DNA of 63,763 nucleotides, the filler included, from Chiloscyllium plagiosum (taxonomy: Eukaryota), in assembly GCF_004010195.1 (NCBI RefSeq). It is 5 parts of one record of this genome, joined end to end, with 100 filler letters (N's around TTAATTAATTAA, not from the genome) between each part and the next. Parts side by side here need not be neighbours in the genome. Positions count along the whole stretch, not along the records: positions 46,282 to 54,299 come from NC_057711.1; positions 54,400 to 62,520 come from NC_057711.1; positions 62,621 to 63,763 come from NC_057711.1; 2 more parts are not named here. The stretch is one strand, 5' to 3'. Positions 52,654 to 63,763 of this stretch are shown here, piece by piece (position 1 is the stretch's first letter; every line of letters begins with the position of its first letter). The notes beneath the pieces were generated by a model that saw nothing but the letters and a program-made list of their open reading frames with translations, did not search any database and was not told where the DNA came from. The position numbers and the translations under genes are program-made.

Positions 52654-54299
52654 AGGGGGGGGGGAATCTAAGATGGCGGCGATCTGAGAAGATCACACTG
52701 CAGAGCTTCGCATCACAGCAGGAGCAGGACAGTCCTTTAACCCATCCAACCCAGGTCATCAGGATTTCTTGGGGTGTTGGAAAGATTGTGGAGCCCCAAG
52801 AAACATTTAAAAATTGACTTACCTGTATTTTCAGCTGTCCAGAAATGCCTAAAAAGGAAGGAGGAGCAGCTGAGGCCGGGCCTGCAGGTCAACCTGCAGC
52901 AGCTTCAAAGCAGATTACTCTCCAGGACCTGCTCTCCTATGTCCAGCTCTCGAAATCTCACGAGATGTTGGGGAAACAGATTGAAGATAAGCTGGCTCCA
53001 GTCTCTCTCATGCTGCAGAAGCATGAGCAGCAGCCGGGAGACCTGGAGAAGAGGACGGATGAGGTGGAGTACAGGGTCACAGTGGTGGAAGCTGATGCCA
53101 GTTCATTCAAGGAAGAGATCCAAGCCCTGAAGACGCAGGTTCGTAATTTGCGTGACCAAGTGGATGATCTTGAAAACAGGGGCAACGGAAAAAAAAAATT
53201 GGATCATTGGTCTGCTTGAGGGTAAGGAAGGTGAGCGGCCTGCGGAATTTGGCTGATGCCAGTTCATTCAAGGAAGAGATCCAAGCCCTGAAGACGCAGG
53301 TTCGTAATTTGCGTGACCAAGTGGATGATCTTGAAAACAGGGGCAGCGGAAAAAAAAAATTTGGATCATTGGTCTGCTTGAGGGGAAGGAAGGTGAGCGG
53401 CCTGCGGAATTTGTTGAAGATTGGCTTCCGAAATTCCTTGACTTGGAGACTGGCATGAGAGGATTGAAGATAGAGAGGGCTCACCAGGTCGCAGCACGGA
53501 GGTTGGGTCTGGGTCAATGCCCTCGTCCTTTCCTGGTGCGGTTCCATCATTACCGGGATAAGGAGAGAGTCATGGAGGCTTCCAGATTCCAGGTGAAGGA
53601 TCCAAAGGCCCTAATTTACGAGGGGTCTAAGGTCATGTTTTTTCAGGACTTTTCAGCGGCGGTGATCCAGAAACGAAAATCATATGATGGTGTCAAGAGA
53701 AAATTGAAGGAGCTTGAGATTCAGTACTCCCTGAGATATTCGGCAGTGCTTCGGATCACCCTCAATGGATCCATGTATCTCTTTGACACATTGGAGAAGG
53801 AAAGAGACTTTGTGGACAAACTAACCTAAGTTAAACAATTGTAGTATGTATAAATATCTTTGCTTGGGTGTGCGTTTATCATTCTGTAAAAGAAATGGAG
53901 GAAATCCGGTTGGAGCTTTGTTTTTCCCCCTTTTTTTTTACCTCTATTGATAATAATTTGGTTCAAACTCTGTCTGGCAGTGGTTAAGATGTATATTTTA
54001 AATTTCTGAATTTCTGGTGGAGTATTTATTCCCCTTTTTTTTATAAAAGAATGTTTTTTTTATTCATATTGATATCCTATGGGGTGTTTTTTAGCTTGTG
54101 CTTGCGATCGGCTCTAGCTGGGAGAAGTGAAGGTGGTTGAGATCGTTCGATGCCTACTCATGGGCAGTTTGGGACGGGTGGTTGCCCCGTCCGGGCAGGG
54201 GGTGAGTTCCCCTACTCAGCGCTATTGGCGCTTTATATGTTGGTTTGTTTTCTGGTTTTTGTTGTTTTTTATTTTTAATAATTTTGTATGTTTGTTAAA
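52654..54299 (+). mobile_element. L1-clade LINE 5' portion with ORF1 (52845-53829, disrupted), truncated by gap
   Basis: 5' G-run plus AAGATGGCGGC; coiled coil, DDLENRG, IERAHQV, PRPFLVRF, FFQDFS (L1 ORF1p/Transposase_22 pattern); T-rich inter-ORF spacer. Confidence 0.85.
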
Positions 54300-54399
54300 N
54301 NNNNNNNNNNNNNNNNNNNNNNNNNNNNNNNNNNNNNNNNNNNTTAATTAATTAANNNNNNNNNNNNNNNNNNNNNNNNNNNNNNNNNNNNNNNNNNNN

Positions 54400-54528
54400 G
54401 GGCATTGGATAGGTATATGGAGGATAGTGGGCTAGTGTAGGTTAGGTGGGCTTGGATCGGCGCAACATCGAGGGCCGAAGGGCCTGTACTGCGCTGTATT
54501 CTTCTATGTTCTATGTTCTATGTTCTAT
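54400..54528 (+). mobile_element. CR1 3' end with (TTCTATG)n tail
   Basis: Same family as 62621-62879. Confidence 0.75.
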
Positions 54529-55509
54529 TTCTGAAGGCTTCCCATTTTCCAGCCGTCCCTTTACCTGCGAACATCTGCCCCCAATCAGCTTTCGAAAGTT
54601 CTTGCCTAATACCATGCCAGGGCCGAAGGGCCTGTACTGCGCTGTATTCTTCTATGTTCTATGTTCTATGTTCTATTTCTGAAGGCTTCCCATTTTCCAG
54701 CCGTCCCTTTACCTGCGAACATCTGCCCCCAATCAGCTTTCGAAAGTTCTTGCCTAATACCATGCCTGCTTCCACCACCTCTATAGGCAGTGCATTCCAG
54801 GCACCCAGTAACCTGTGTGAAACATTTTCCCCACACTTATTCCCTAAACCTTTGCCCTCTCACCTTGAAGCTGTGCCCTCTTGTAGTTGACCTTTCCACC
54901 CTGGGAAAATGCCTCTGACTATCCACCCTATCTATGCCTCTCATAACTTTGTTGACCTTTATCAGGTCACCCTTTTGCCTCCGTTTTTTCAGTAACATGA
55001 CAATGTTAACAGGGTGATATGGATTGTGACAGGTTGGCGCTAAATTATAATGCAGGCTGTAAGTGAATATGGGGGTGGTGGAGTAGCATGGATTGACATG
55101 AAGGGATGACCTATCATTTGGCATGGATGGGGGCATTGTTTGGCATGATTTGGCATATATGGGAGTTGGAGGTGGATGGGGTGTGAAGATGAGCCATAGA
55201 GAACCTAATATTTAATAGACACTTGTGCAATTACTTTAATGAACTGTAGTGGGCCTTTGAGCCAGCTGGCCTTTGCACTGGTGGTCCTGATGGCTGCTTC
55301 AAATTTGTGCTTGGATTTGGCAAGTCTGGTTTAGTTTTACCCACCTCCCCATTCCTAACAACCAGAAATGAACATTTATCCTTAAGGTGGTGAAATGGGC
55401 CAGGAGATTTCTTGGATGTGCCTCATTTGTGAAATCCAAGCCTTATTGCTGGGTAATCAGAAATCTCCCCCTAGTAAAGATTGACAAGTTCCTGAACCCA
55501 TTGTTTTCA

Positions 55510-56545
55510 GATATAGAATCATATAGTCCCTCTGGTCCAATTTGTTCATGCTGTCCAAGTTTCCCAAACAAGTTCCACTTGCCTGAGTTTGGTCCATATC
55601 TCTCTAAACCTTTTTCCATTTGTACTTATCCAAATGTCTTTTAAATGATATAACTGTACCTGCATCTGTCTTTTCCTCTGGCAATTCATTCCACATACAG
55701 ACCACCCTCTGTGTAAAAAAATTGTCCCTCAGGCTCCTTTTAAATCTTTCTTCTCCCGCCTTAAAAATATGTCCTCCTAGATTTCAACCCCACCCCTCCC
55801 CCCAATGCTAGGGAAAAGACCTTTGTAATTCACCTTATCTATGTCCCTTATGAATTTATAAACCTTTATGAACCCCTAAGCCTTCTATGGTCCAGTGAAA
55901 AAAATTCCAGCCTATCCAACCACTCCTTATAACTCAAAACCTCCCGTCCAGGCAACATCCTCGCATATCTTCTGAACCCTCTCCAATTTAATAATATCCT
56001 TCCTGAAGAAGGGCAACCAGAACTGTGCACAGTACTTCAAAAGCAGCTTCACTAACAGCTTGTACAAACTCAAAATGAGGTCCCAACTCTTATACTCAAT
56101 GGTCTGAGCAATGAAGGTAAGTGTGCTAAACATGTTCTTAATTACCCTGTCTACTGGTAACACTATTTTCAAAGAACTTTGTACCTGAACCCCTAGGTGT
56201 CTCTGTTTGACAACACTACCCAGGGCCCTACAATTAACTATATACGTCCTGCCCTTGTTCATTTTACCAAAATGCAAAATCTCCTATTTTTCCAAATTAA
56301 ACTCCATCTGCCACTCTTCAACCCATTGGCCCAATTGATCAAGATCTCTTTGTCATCTTAGACAACCTTCTTCACTGTCGACTATACCACCAATTTTGGT
56401 GTCATCCACAAATTTACTAACCGTGCCTCCCAAATTCACATTGAAATTGTTTATATAGATGACAAACAACAATGGATCCAGCCTGATCCCTGGGGAAAAC
56501 CACTAGTCACAGGTCTCCAGTCCGAAAAACAACTCTCCACCACAA
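55510..56545 (-). mobile_element. CR1 3' fragment
   Basis: MHFGKMNKGRTYIVN...YCAQFWLPFFRKDIIKLERVQK. Confidence 0.85.
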
Positions 56546-56720
56546 TTTGAATAAAACCTTTACTACAATTAGTGTAGAGGTTTTTCTGTATTAGCCTTTT
56601 TTTGCAGCCACTTATTTAATTTCCTGCACTTTAATCATTATACCCATATGTTTTGGTCAAATGAAAATTAACAGAAAAGTACAATTACCATGTGTATCTC
56701 ATCAAATATTTTTGCTTCAG

Positions 56721-56809
56721 GTCTTTGTCGTTGATGGAAACAGTAAGCTACAACTAATTTTTGACAGTTCGCCAGGAAGTGTGCTTCTTAATGAGAAAAA
56801 GATACTGAG
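56721..56809 (+). CDS. Candidate exon B of the unidentified gene (89 bp, phase 0 to 2)
   Basis: tttttgcttcAG|GTC...GAG|GTatgc; VFVVDGNSKLQLIFDSSPGSVLLNEKKIL(S). Confidence 0.5.
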
Positions 56810-57548
56810 GTATGCCACAGTATATCCAGTTGAAATTATTATTGGACAAGTCACATCCCATTCTGAAATTTTGCTTCACAAATCATTCCTTTTTGTTAGG
56901 TTATAACGAGCAGTTCTCTCACTGAGGTAGCAGCATGTAACATTGCAGATGTATTTTAACACTAAAACAGAAGTTTATTAAGGAAAATAAATGAAGATAA
57001 AATAGAATACACCAATCTAATTACTCATATCACAAATTCAAAGCATTTTAATCCTAAAATACATATTTAGAATTTTTTTTATAGTACAATGCCCAGCAAC
57101 AAATCTTATGCAGTATTCACATCAAAATACCTTTCTCTACTGGTTTAAGTAACTGTAACTTTAACACATTAACTAGAGCCTCAGTCGTTTATTCCTGGAG
57201 CTATTGTAAATCTAAATATAAATATATGCAACTTCAAGTAATCTCTTCAGGGTTTTAGCCCAACACTTCTAGTTTGGAATTATCACTAACACTAATACTG
57301 TAGGGAAAATTACCCGTAGTGTTAGGTAAGGGGTAAATGTAGGGGAATGGGTGGGTTGCGCTTCGGCGGGTCGGTGTGGACTTGTTGGGCCGAAGGGCCT
57401 GTTTCCACACTGTAATGTAATCTGTAATCTTACTATAATGTCACCTAGTGCTACTATGTTTTCCCTTTCTCAGGAAATCTGTTGTGTGCATGCACATTCA
57501 TGCAAAGATTGCACAGAAATGCCCAAAACAAAGTAAAACTGAAACCTT

Positions 57549-57835
57549 GGGGCAGTGGTTAGCACTGCTACCTCACAGTGCCAGCAATCCGGGTTCAATT
57601 CCAGCCTCGAGCGAGTGTTTGTGTGGAGTTTGCACATTCTCCCCATATCTGTGTGGGTTTCCTCCAGGTGCTCTCACAATCCAAAGATATGCAGGTCAGG
57701 TGAATTGGCCATAGTGTTAGGTCCATTAGTCAGAGGTAAATATAGGGTAGGACAATGGGTCTGGATGGGTAACTCTTTGGAGGGTCAGTGTGGACTTGTT
57801 GGGCCAAATGGCCTGTTTTCATACTGTAGGGAAAT
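57549..57835 (+). mobile_element. HE1-like SINE (further copies at 57300-57430 partial, 60075-60407, 60891-61212, 61897-62204)
   Basis: tRNA head and conserved body as at 2305-2615. Confidence 0.82.
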
Positions 57836-57975
57836 TAATGTAAGAATCCCTTTCTTTGAGCTCTGAGTGTTTCTCATAAATTTAAAGATAAATCCTGAGT
57901 TTACAAATTTTCAAAACAAGTCTTGTAATACAACTGTCTGCCATGCTAAGTCATAAAAGCCTAAAGTAAATAAAA

Positions 57976-58071
57976 GCTGAAAATGTGTTGCTGGAAAAGC
58001 GCAGCAGATCAGGCAGCATCCAGGGAACAGGAGAATCGACGTCTCGGGCATAAGCCCTTCTTCAGGAAGGG
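57976..58071 (-). mobile_element. Penelope terminal-repeat mini-insertion with 15-bp TSD
   Basis: ctaaagtaaataaaa at 57961-57975 and 58072-58086. Confidence 0.82.
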
Positions 58072-58959
58072 CTAAAGTAAATAAAACCCCATTAGGTTGT
58101 CAAAGAAGCTCTCACAAACTGTTGTAAAAGAAATCACCATGGCCACAGACATACTTGCAAGATAATTATTACCTTCAGACACACAAAAAGATGTTATTAA
58201 CTCAAAATTCAAAACCCAAGCTTAACGTCAATGATGTTAAAAATAAATGACATTTAAATATTTATAAATTAAACAGTTTATATCACAAGAGTTATGTGTC
58301 AAAATTGTTTAATAGTGTTTGGGGAGGAGCACTGCTTTCTTGGTTGTAGCTGGTATGCCAACAAACGGTTCCTCCATTACATGAGATTTGTGGAATGGGT
58401 ATGGTATACAGAGCATCCGCTATCATACATTTCATGCTTTTATTTTGCCACTTGATTAGATCAAACATTATATGATTTAAAGCTGCATAAAATTTTCAAA
58501 GGTGCTGGTGTGAAATAAGGGAGGACATTTTTGACTCTAAGACAGGGAACCGTTTGTATAACGTTCTTCCTGGATTTTAGTCTACGGTCTGTGCAAGACT
58601 GTTGCTTATTATTTTGGAAATACTGCCTCTCGGATGAGTTGGTAAACGGACGTGCATTTGACGGATCAATTTTTTTTAAAGCAGAGCAGGGAACTCACCC
58701 AATATAGTGTCAGAGTGTGTGTTTCCAACATTAAAGATGGATGCTGGAGCATGCACAGATGGCCATTGTGACATCAGTCAGCTGTGATAGGACTTGTTTT
58801 GTCAGTATCTGTCCTGCCTGTCAACCAGTTCTCGGTTCATGGACAAGATATTATCCTATATTCTATATGCTTTAATTTTGCCATTAATCTGTCATCAAGG
58901 GCCTAATCAAAGGGCTTCTGACAATCCAACTACACCACATCTACTGGGTTTCCCTTATC

Positions 58960-60050
58960 TATTCTACTAGTTACATCCTCAAAAACTCCAGTAGATTATT
59001 TAACATGATTTGCCTATCATAACCCCACGCTTTGTCCAATCCTATCGATCTTTTATAAATATTCTGTTATCATGTGTTTCACACTGCAACATTTTCCCCT
59101 CTACCGATGTTAGGCTAACTGGTCTGTAGCTCTTTCCTTTCTCTAGCCTTTTTTTAAAATACTAGAATTATGTTTGCCACCCTCCAATCTATACAAACTG
59201 CTTCAGGGTCCTTAGAATTTTGGAAGATGGCCACAATGCACTCATTATTTCCATAGCCACCTCCTTTTGTACCCTAGGATGTAATTATCAGGCCCAGGTG
59301 ATTTCTTAGCCTTTAACCTCATTAATTTGCCCAGCACTATTTTCTTACTGTCTGATTTTCTTCATTCCCACCTTCTCACTAGACCCTTGGTTCTCCAACA
59401 TTTCTGGGAGGCTATTTGTGAAGGCAGAACTAAAATACGTGTAAACAATTTGTAAGTCATTATAATTTCCCTACCTATGTGCTGTCAGGGATCTACATTT
59501 GTCTTTAACCAAATGATTTCTCCTCACATACTTACATGAACTATTATGTTCCTTGCAATCTTACTCTCATACACTCTCTTGATCAAACTTTTCTTTTCTT
59601 GAATTCAAAAATGCTCCCAATCCTCAGGCTTTCTGCTTTGTCTGGCAATTTTATACGTCTCCTTTTTGTATTTAATACTAACCCTATTTTTATTTTGTAA
59701 GCCATAGGTGAGCTATATTCCCTCTATTTTTGCATCTGATGGGAACTAATAATTGTTCCAATTTATATGTACATTCTTTAAACTTTAACCATCCACCGTC
59801 AGCCTTTTCATCAAGGTTCCCCAACTATCCTTTCCAATTTGATCCTCATATTTCCCTTTGCTTCGATTCAGAGCTTTAGTTTCAGATTCAACTACTACCC
59901 TCTCCATCTAAATGAAAAGTTCTATCATATTATGCAGTTCTCCAAGGGATGCTGCTCCACAAGACTAGTAATTAATTCTTTCTCATTGTACAGTACCCAG
60001 TGTAGAATTTCCTGTTCTCTGATTTGTTCCTTGAATCACTAGTGCACAAA
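58960..60050 (-). mobile_element. Old decayed CR1 fragment
   Basis: Similarity to reverse CR1 ORF2 (tcctcaaaaactcc...aggctaactggtctgtag...atcaggcccaggtga). Confidence 0.6.
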
Positions 60051-61390
60051 TCAGTCAATTACTTGTTGCCAGCAAATCAGTAGATAGCACAGCTGCCTCA
60101 CCGCACCAGGGACCAATGTTCAGTTCCAGCCTCGGGTGATTATCTATGTGGAGTTTGCACATTTTCCCCTTGTCTGCGTGGGTTTCCTCCAGGTGCTCTG
60201 GTTTCCTCCCACAGTCCAAAGATATGCAGTTTAGGTGAATTGGCTAAATTGTCCATAGTGTTCAGAGATGTGTAGGTTAGATGCATTAGTCAGGAGTAAA
60301 TGTGATGTAATAGGATAGGGGAATGAATTTGGGTGGGTTTCTGTTCGGAAGATCAGTGAGGAATTGTTGCGCCAAATGGCCTGTTTCCACACTGTAGGAA
60401 TTCTATGAAATCTCCATTTCTACAAACCTTCAGCTCCCGGTTGTCAGTATTTACACTTTCTCTACTGCTCCCACAGAGTGTGTCAAGAGTACTGTGTGAA
60501 AGGTGCCCCCACCCTTCTTTCCTGCCTTTCTTCCTACAGCCATTTAAGAACATACCGACCCAGTCCCGCCCAACTCCCTGTGCTAGCCATATTTTGGCAT
60601 GGGCAATGTATTAGTAAGTCAATCAATCTTTTAATAAAGTTGATTGATCCTTAAATATTTATTAACATATGTGGATGGACTGCTGATTCTGCCCCCCCCG
60701 CCCCACCTATCCTCCAATGTTATGTCGGGGTGAGTTTGGGGGTGGCTGAGAAGGTGGAGGACTGGCATCTGACCCATTTTACATGTCCAACCTCAACAGA
60801 AACACACCCAAGGTTGTCTGTCATATCCAAACCTGTTGGTCTCTGTATGTATTTAGACTACCTAGTTACAATGAATTATATTTCAAATGAAGGCAGCACG
60901 GTGGCTCAGTGGTGAGCGCTGCTGCCTCACAGTGTCAGGGACCCGGGTTCATTCAAACCTTGGGCGACTGTCTGCGTGGAGTTTGCACATTCACCCTATG
61001 CTGCATGGGTTTTCTCCCACAGTCCACAGATGTGCAGAGTGGGTGGGTTGGCAATAATATATTTCCTATAATGCCCAGGGGTGTGCAGGCTGGATGGACT
61101 AGCCTTGGGAAATGCAGCTTTATAGGATGGAGGGGGTGTGTGCTGGGCTGCTCTCTAGAGGTTCAGTGTGGATGGGCTAAATGGCCTGCTTCCACACGGT
61201 AGGGATTCTGTGAATGTTTATTTTAGTGTACTGTAATTCTTTTTGCAGTTGATAAATGTAATCCTCCACCTGTCTGACTAATAGTTTCTTTAAGTTGAGG
61301 ATAATTTATTTTGGCTATAAAAATGGAAAAGCATTATTGCACAAGATTATATTTCCCCAGAAATTCTAAACAATGTTTGTTCCATTGCAG

Positions 61391-61471
61391 TGTTTTAGAA
61401 GCTGTTGAACCTGAAAACACTGTGATTGTTTCAAAAATCTCACCAGCTGTCAAAAGCATGAACCTGAAAGG
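61391..61471 (+). CDS. Candidate exon C of the unidentified gene (81 bp, phase 2 to 2)
   Basis: tttgttccattgcAG|T...AGG|GTaggt; VLEAVEPENTVIVSKISPAVKSMNLKG; only the phase-2 frame is open. Confidence 0.5.
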
Positions 61472-62295
61472 GTAGGTTGATTGTAAAAAGTTTCTAAAAG
61501 ACATCAATAATGTTTTTTTATTTTCCTCCTGTAAGTATGAAAAGTCTACATCAATTTAAATTGGGATATTTCTCATAAAAAGTCAGGTCCAGCGTAGCTT
61601 TGTTGAATTTTGTATATACCTGTCTCTGAACAATATTGGCCTGAATGAGTGAGGTATTTGCATTTTATTGGAACATTTTGACTTTGGGGCCAGGAATTTC
61701 CTCAGGGCTGCTGCTGCCCAGTTGCTGAAGAGTATTCATCAAAGTGAGTCAATGTTTTGCACACAGTTCAGAATTAATTCAAAATGTGTAATATTTAAAT
61801 ATTTATTGTGTTTGACAGACTATATTTGAAACAGTACCCACATACTGTCAAATATTACATTAATGCATGTCAGAAAAAAGCCTTGCACAAAACTATGGGT
61901 AGCATGGTGGCTCAGTGGTTAGCACTGCTGCCTCACAACACCAGGGACCTTGTTTCGATCCTGGCCTCGGGCAACTATCTGCATGGAGTTTGCACATTCT
62001 CCCTGTGTCTGTGCGGGTTTCCTCTGGGTGCTCTGGTTCCAGTTCCTCCCACAATCCAAAGATGTGCAGTTTAGGTGAATTGGCTGTGCTAAATTGCCCC
62101 TGGTGTAAGTTATTAGTCAGCGGGAAATGGGTCTGGTTGGGTTATTCTTCAGAGGGTCAGAGTGGACTTGTTGGGTGGAAGGGCCTGTAGGGATTCTAAT
62201 TCTAATAAACGTGGAGGGCAATGCTGAAATATTAAGGTTGACTTCTCTTGGTTTGGCTCTTGGAAGGTGGGAGCCGTGCACTGTTCCAATGAAGT

Positions 62296-62520
62296 AAAAA
62301 CAATGACTGCAGATGCTGGAAACCAGATTCTGGATCAGTGGTGCTGGAAGAGCACAGCAATTCAGACAGCATCCGACGAGCAGCAAAATTGACGTTTTGG
62401 GCAAAAGCCCTTCATCAGGAATAAAGGCAGAGAGCCTGAAGCATGGAGAGATAAGCTACAGGAGGGTGGGGGTGGAGAGAAAGTAGCATAGAGTACAATG
62501 GGTGAGTGGGGGAGGGGATG
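62296..62520 (-). mobile_element. Penelope terminal repeat, truncated by gap
   Basis: Same subfamily as 38660-38892. Confidence 0.75.
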
Positions 62521-62620
62521 NNNNNNNNNNNNNNNNNNNNNNNNNNNNNNNNNNNNNNNNNNNNTTAATTAATTAANNNNNNNNNNNNNNNNNNNNNNNN
62601 NNNNNNNNNNNNNNNNNNNN

Positions 62621-62879
62621 AGCTTTAAATTAAGGGGTGGTAGGTATAGGACAGATGTTAGGGGTAGATTCTTTACTCAGCGAGTCGTGAGTTTATGGAA
62701 TGCCCTGCCAGTAGCAGTGGTGGACTCTCCCTCTTTAATGGGCATTTAAACGGGCATTGGATAGGCATGTGGAGGATAGTGGGCTAGTGTAGGTTAGGTG
62801 GGCTTGGATCGGCGCAACATCGAGGGTCAAAGGGCCTGTACTGCGCTGTATTCTTCTATGTTCTATGTTCTATGTTCTA
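62621..62879 (+). mobile_element. CR1 3' end
   Basis: FFTQRVVSLWNALP plus (TTCTATG)n tail. Confidence 0.8.
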
Positions 62880-63036
62880 CGTGGCTTCAAGTGGACAGGG
62901 CCTGGGAAATGAATATTCAAGCCCACATGTGCTATCGTAAGGGCAGACTGACGGGCAGAGGGGGTGGGGTGGCCATGTTGGTAAGGGATGATATTCAGTC
63001 CCTTGTGCGGGGGGACCTAGAATCAGGGGATGTAGA

Positions 63037-63763
63037 GCTGAAAATGTGTTGCTGGAAAAGCGCAGCAGGTCAGGCAGCATCCAAGGATCGGGAGAATCGA
63101 TGTTTCGGGCATGAGCCCTTCTTCAGGAATGAGGAAAATGTGCCAAGCGGGCTAAGATAAAAGGTAGGGAGGAGGGACTTGGGGGAGGGGCTTTGTAAAT
63201 GCGATAGGTGGAAGGAGGTTAAGGTGATGGTGATAGGCAGGAGTGGGAGTGGGGGCGGAGAAGCACTTCCAATTCGGTCACCCGAGATAGAAATGGAGAG
63301 GTCTTGGAAGGGAAGGGAGAAGTCTGAGACGGTCCAGGTAAATTTGAGGTCGGGGTGGAAGTTGTTGATAAAGTGGATGAACTGTTCAACACGGATCAAC
63401 ACGGACATTTACTATAAACCGACCGACTCCCACAGCTACCCAGACTACACCTCCTCCCACACTGCTCCCTGTAAAAACGCCATCCCATATTCCCAATTCC
63501 TTTGTCTCTGCCACATCTGCTCCCAGGAGGAACAGTTCCAATACCGAACAACCCAGATGGCCACCTTCTTCAAAGACCGCAATTTCCCCCCAGACGTGGT
63601 CGACAATGCTCTCCACCGCATCTTCTCCACTTCCCGCTCCTCCACCCTTGAGCCCCGCCCCTCCAATCGCCACCAGGACAGAACCCCACTGGTCCTCACC
63701 TACCACCCCACCAACCTCCAGATACATCGTATCATCCGTCGTCATTTCCGCCACCTCCAAACG
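63037..63763 (+). mobile_element. Penelope-like element: inverted terminal repeat, inverted RT piece, then RT on +, runs off window end
   Basis: NTDIYYKPTDSHSYPDYTSSH..CKNAIPYSQFL..ICS...RTPLVLTYHP (PLE RT C-terminal region). Confidence 0.85.

Noticed and set aside
54471..54766. Apparently exact 148-bp tandem duplication
   Set aside because: Identical copies about 70 bp from a contig end and made of two repeat fragments; likely an assembly artefact

Overview
AT-rich, repeat-dense vertebrate genomic DNA. The repeat families (HE1-like tRNA SINEs, HER1/CR1 LINEs, Deu-domain SINEs, Penelope elements) point to a cartilaginous fish, probably a shark; this is inference. Host genes: the last four coding exons of an SLC22A4/SLC22A5 (OCTN)-like organic cation/carnitine transporter on + (12089-24108; internal exons of 215, 183 and 136 bp match the SLC22A5 exon 7-9 pattern as I recall it), plus three phase-compatible candidate exons of an unidentified downstream gene (48991-61471). 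The most notable feature is a two-LTR provirus (17106-21478, - strand) inserted antisense in an SLC22 intron, inside a SINE. It has a PBS-like site, PPT, splice donor, a gag-position ORF and an env gene with one frameshift. That Env has the architecture and cysteine spacing of paramyxo/pneumovirus F fusion proteins rather than a normal retroviral SU/TM, i.e. lokiretrovirus-like. An assembly gap hides the region where pol would lie, and the two LTRs carry different U3 cores. The rest of the window is CR1 LINE fragments, an L1-like ORF1, Penelope fragments with minimal hammerhead-ribozyme motifs and TSD-flanked inverted repeats, SINEs, a 25-bp minisatellite and five N gaps.
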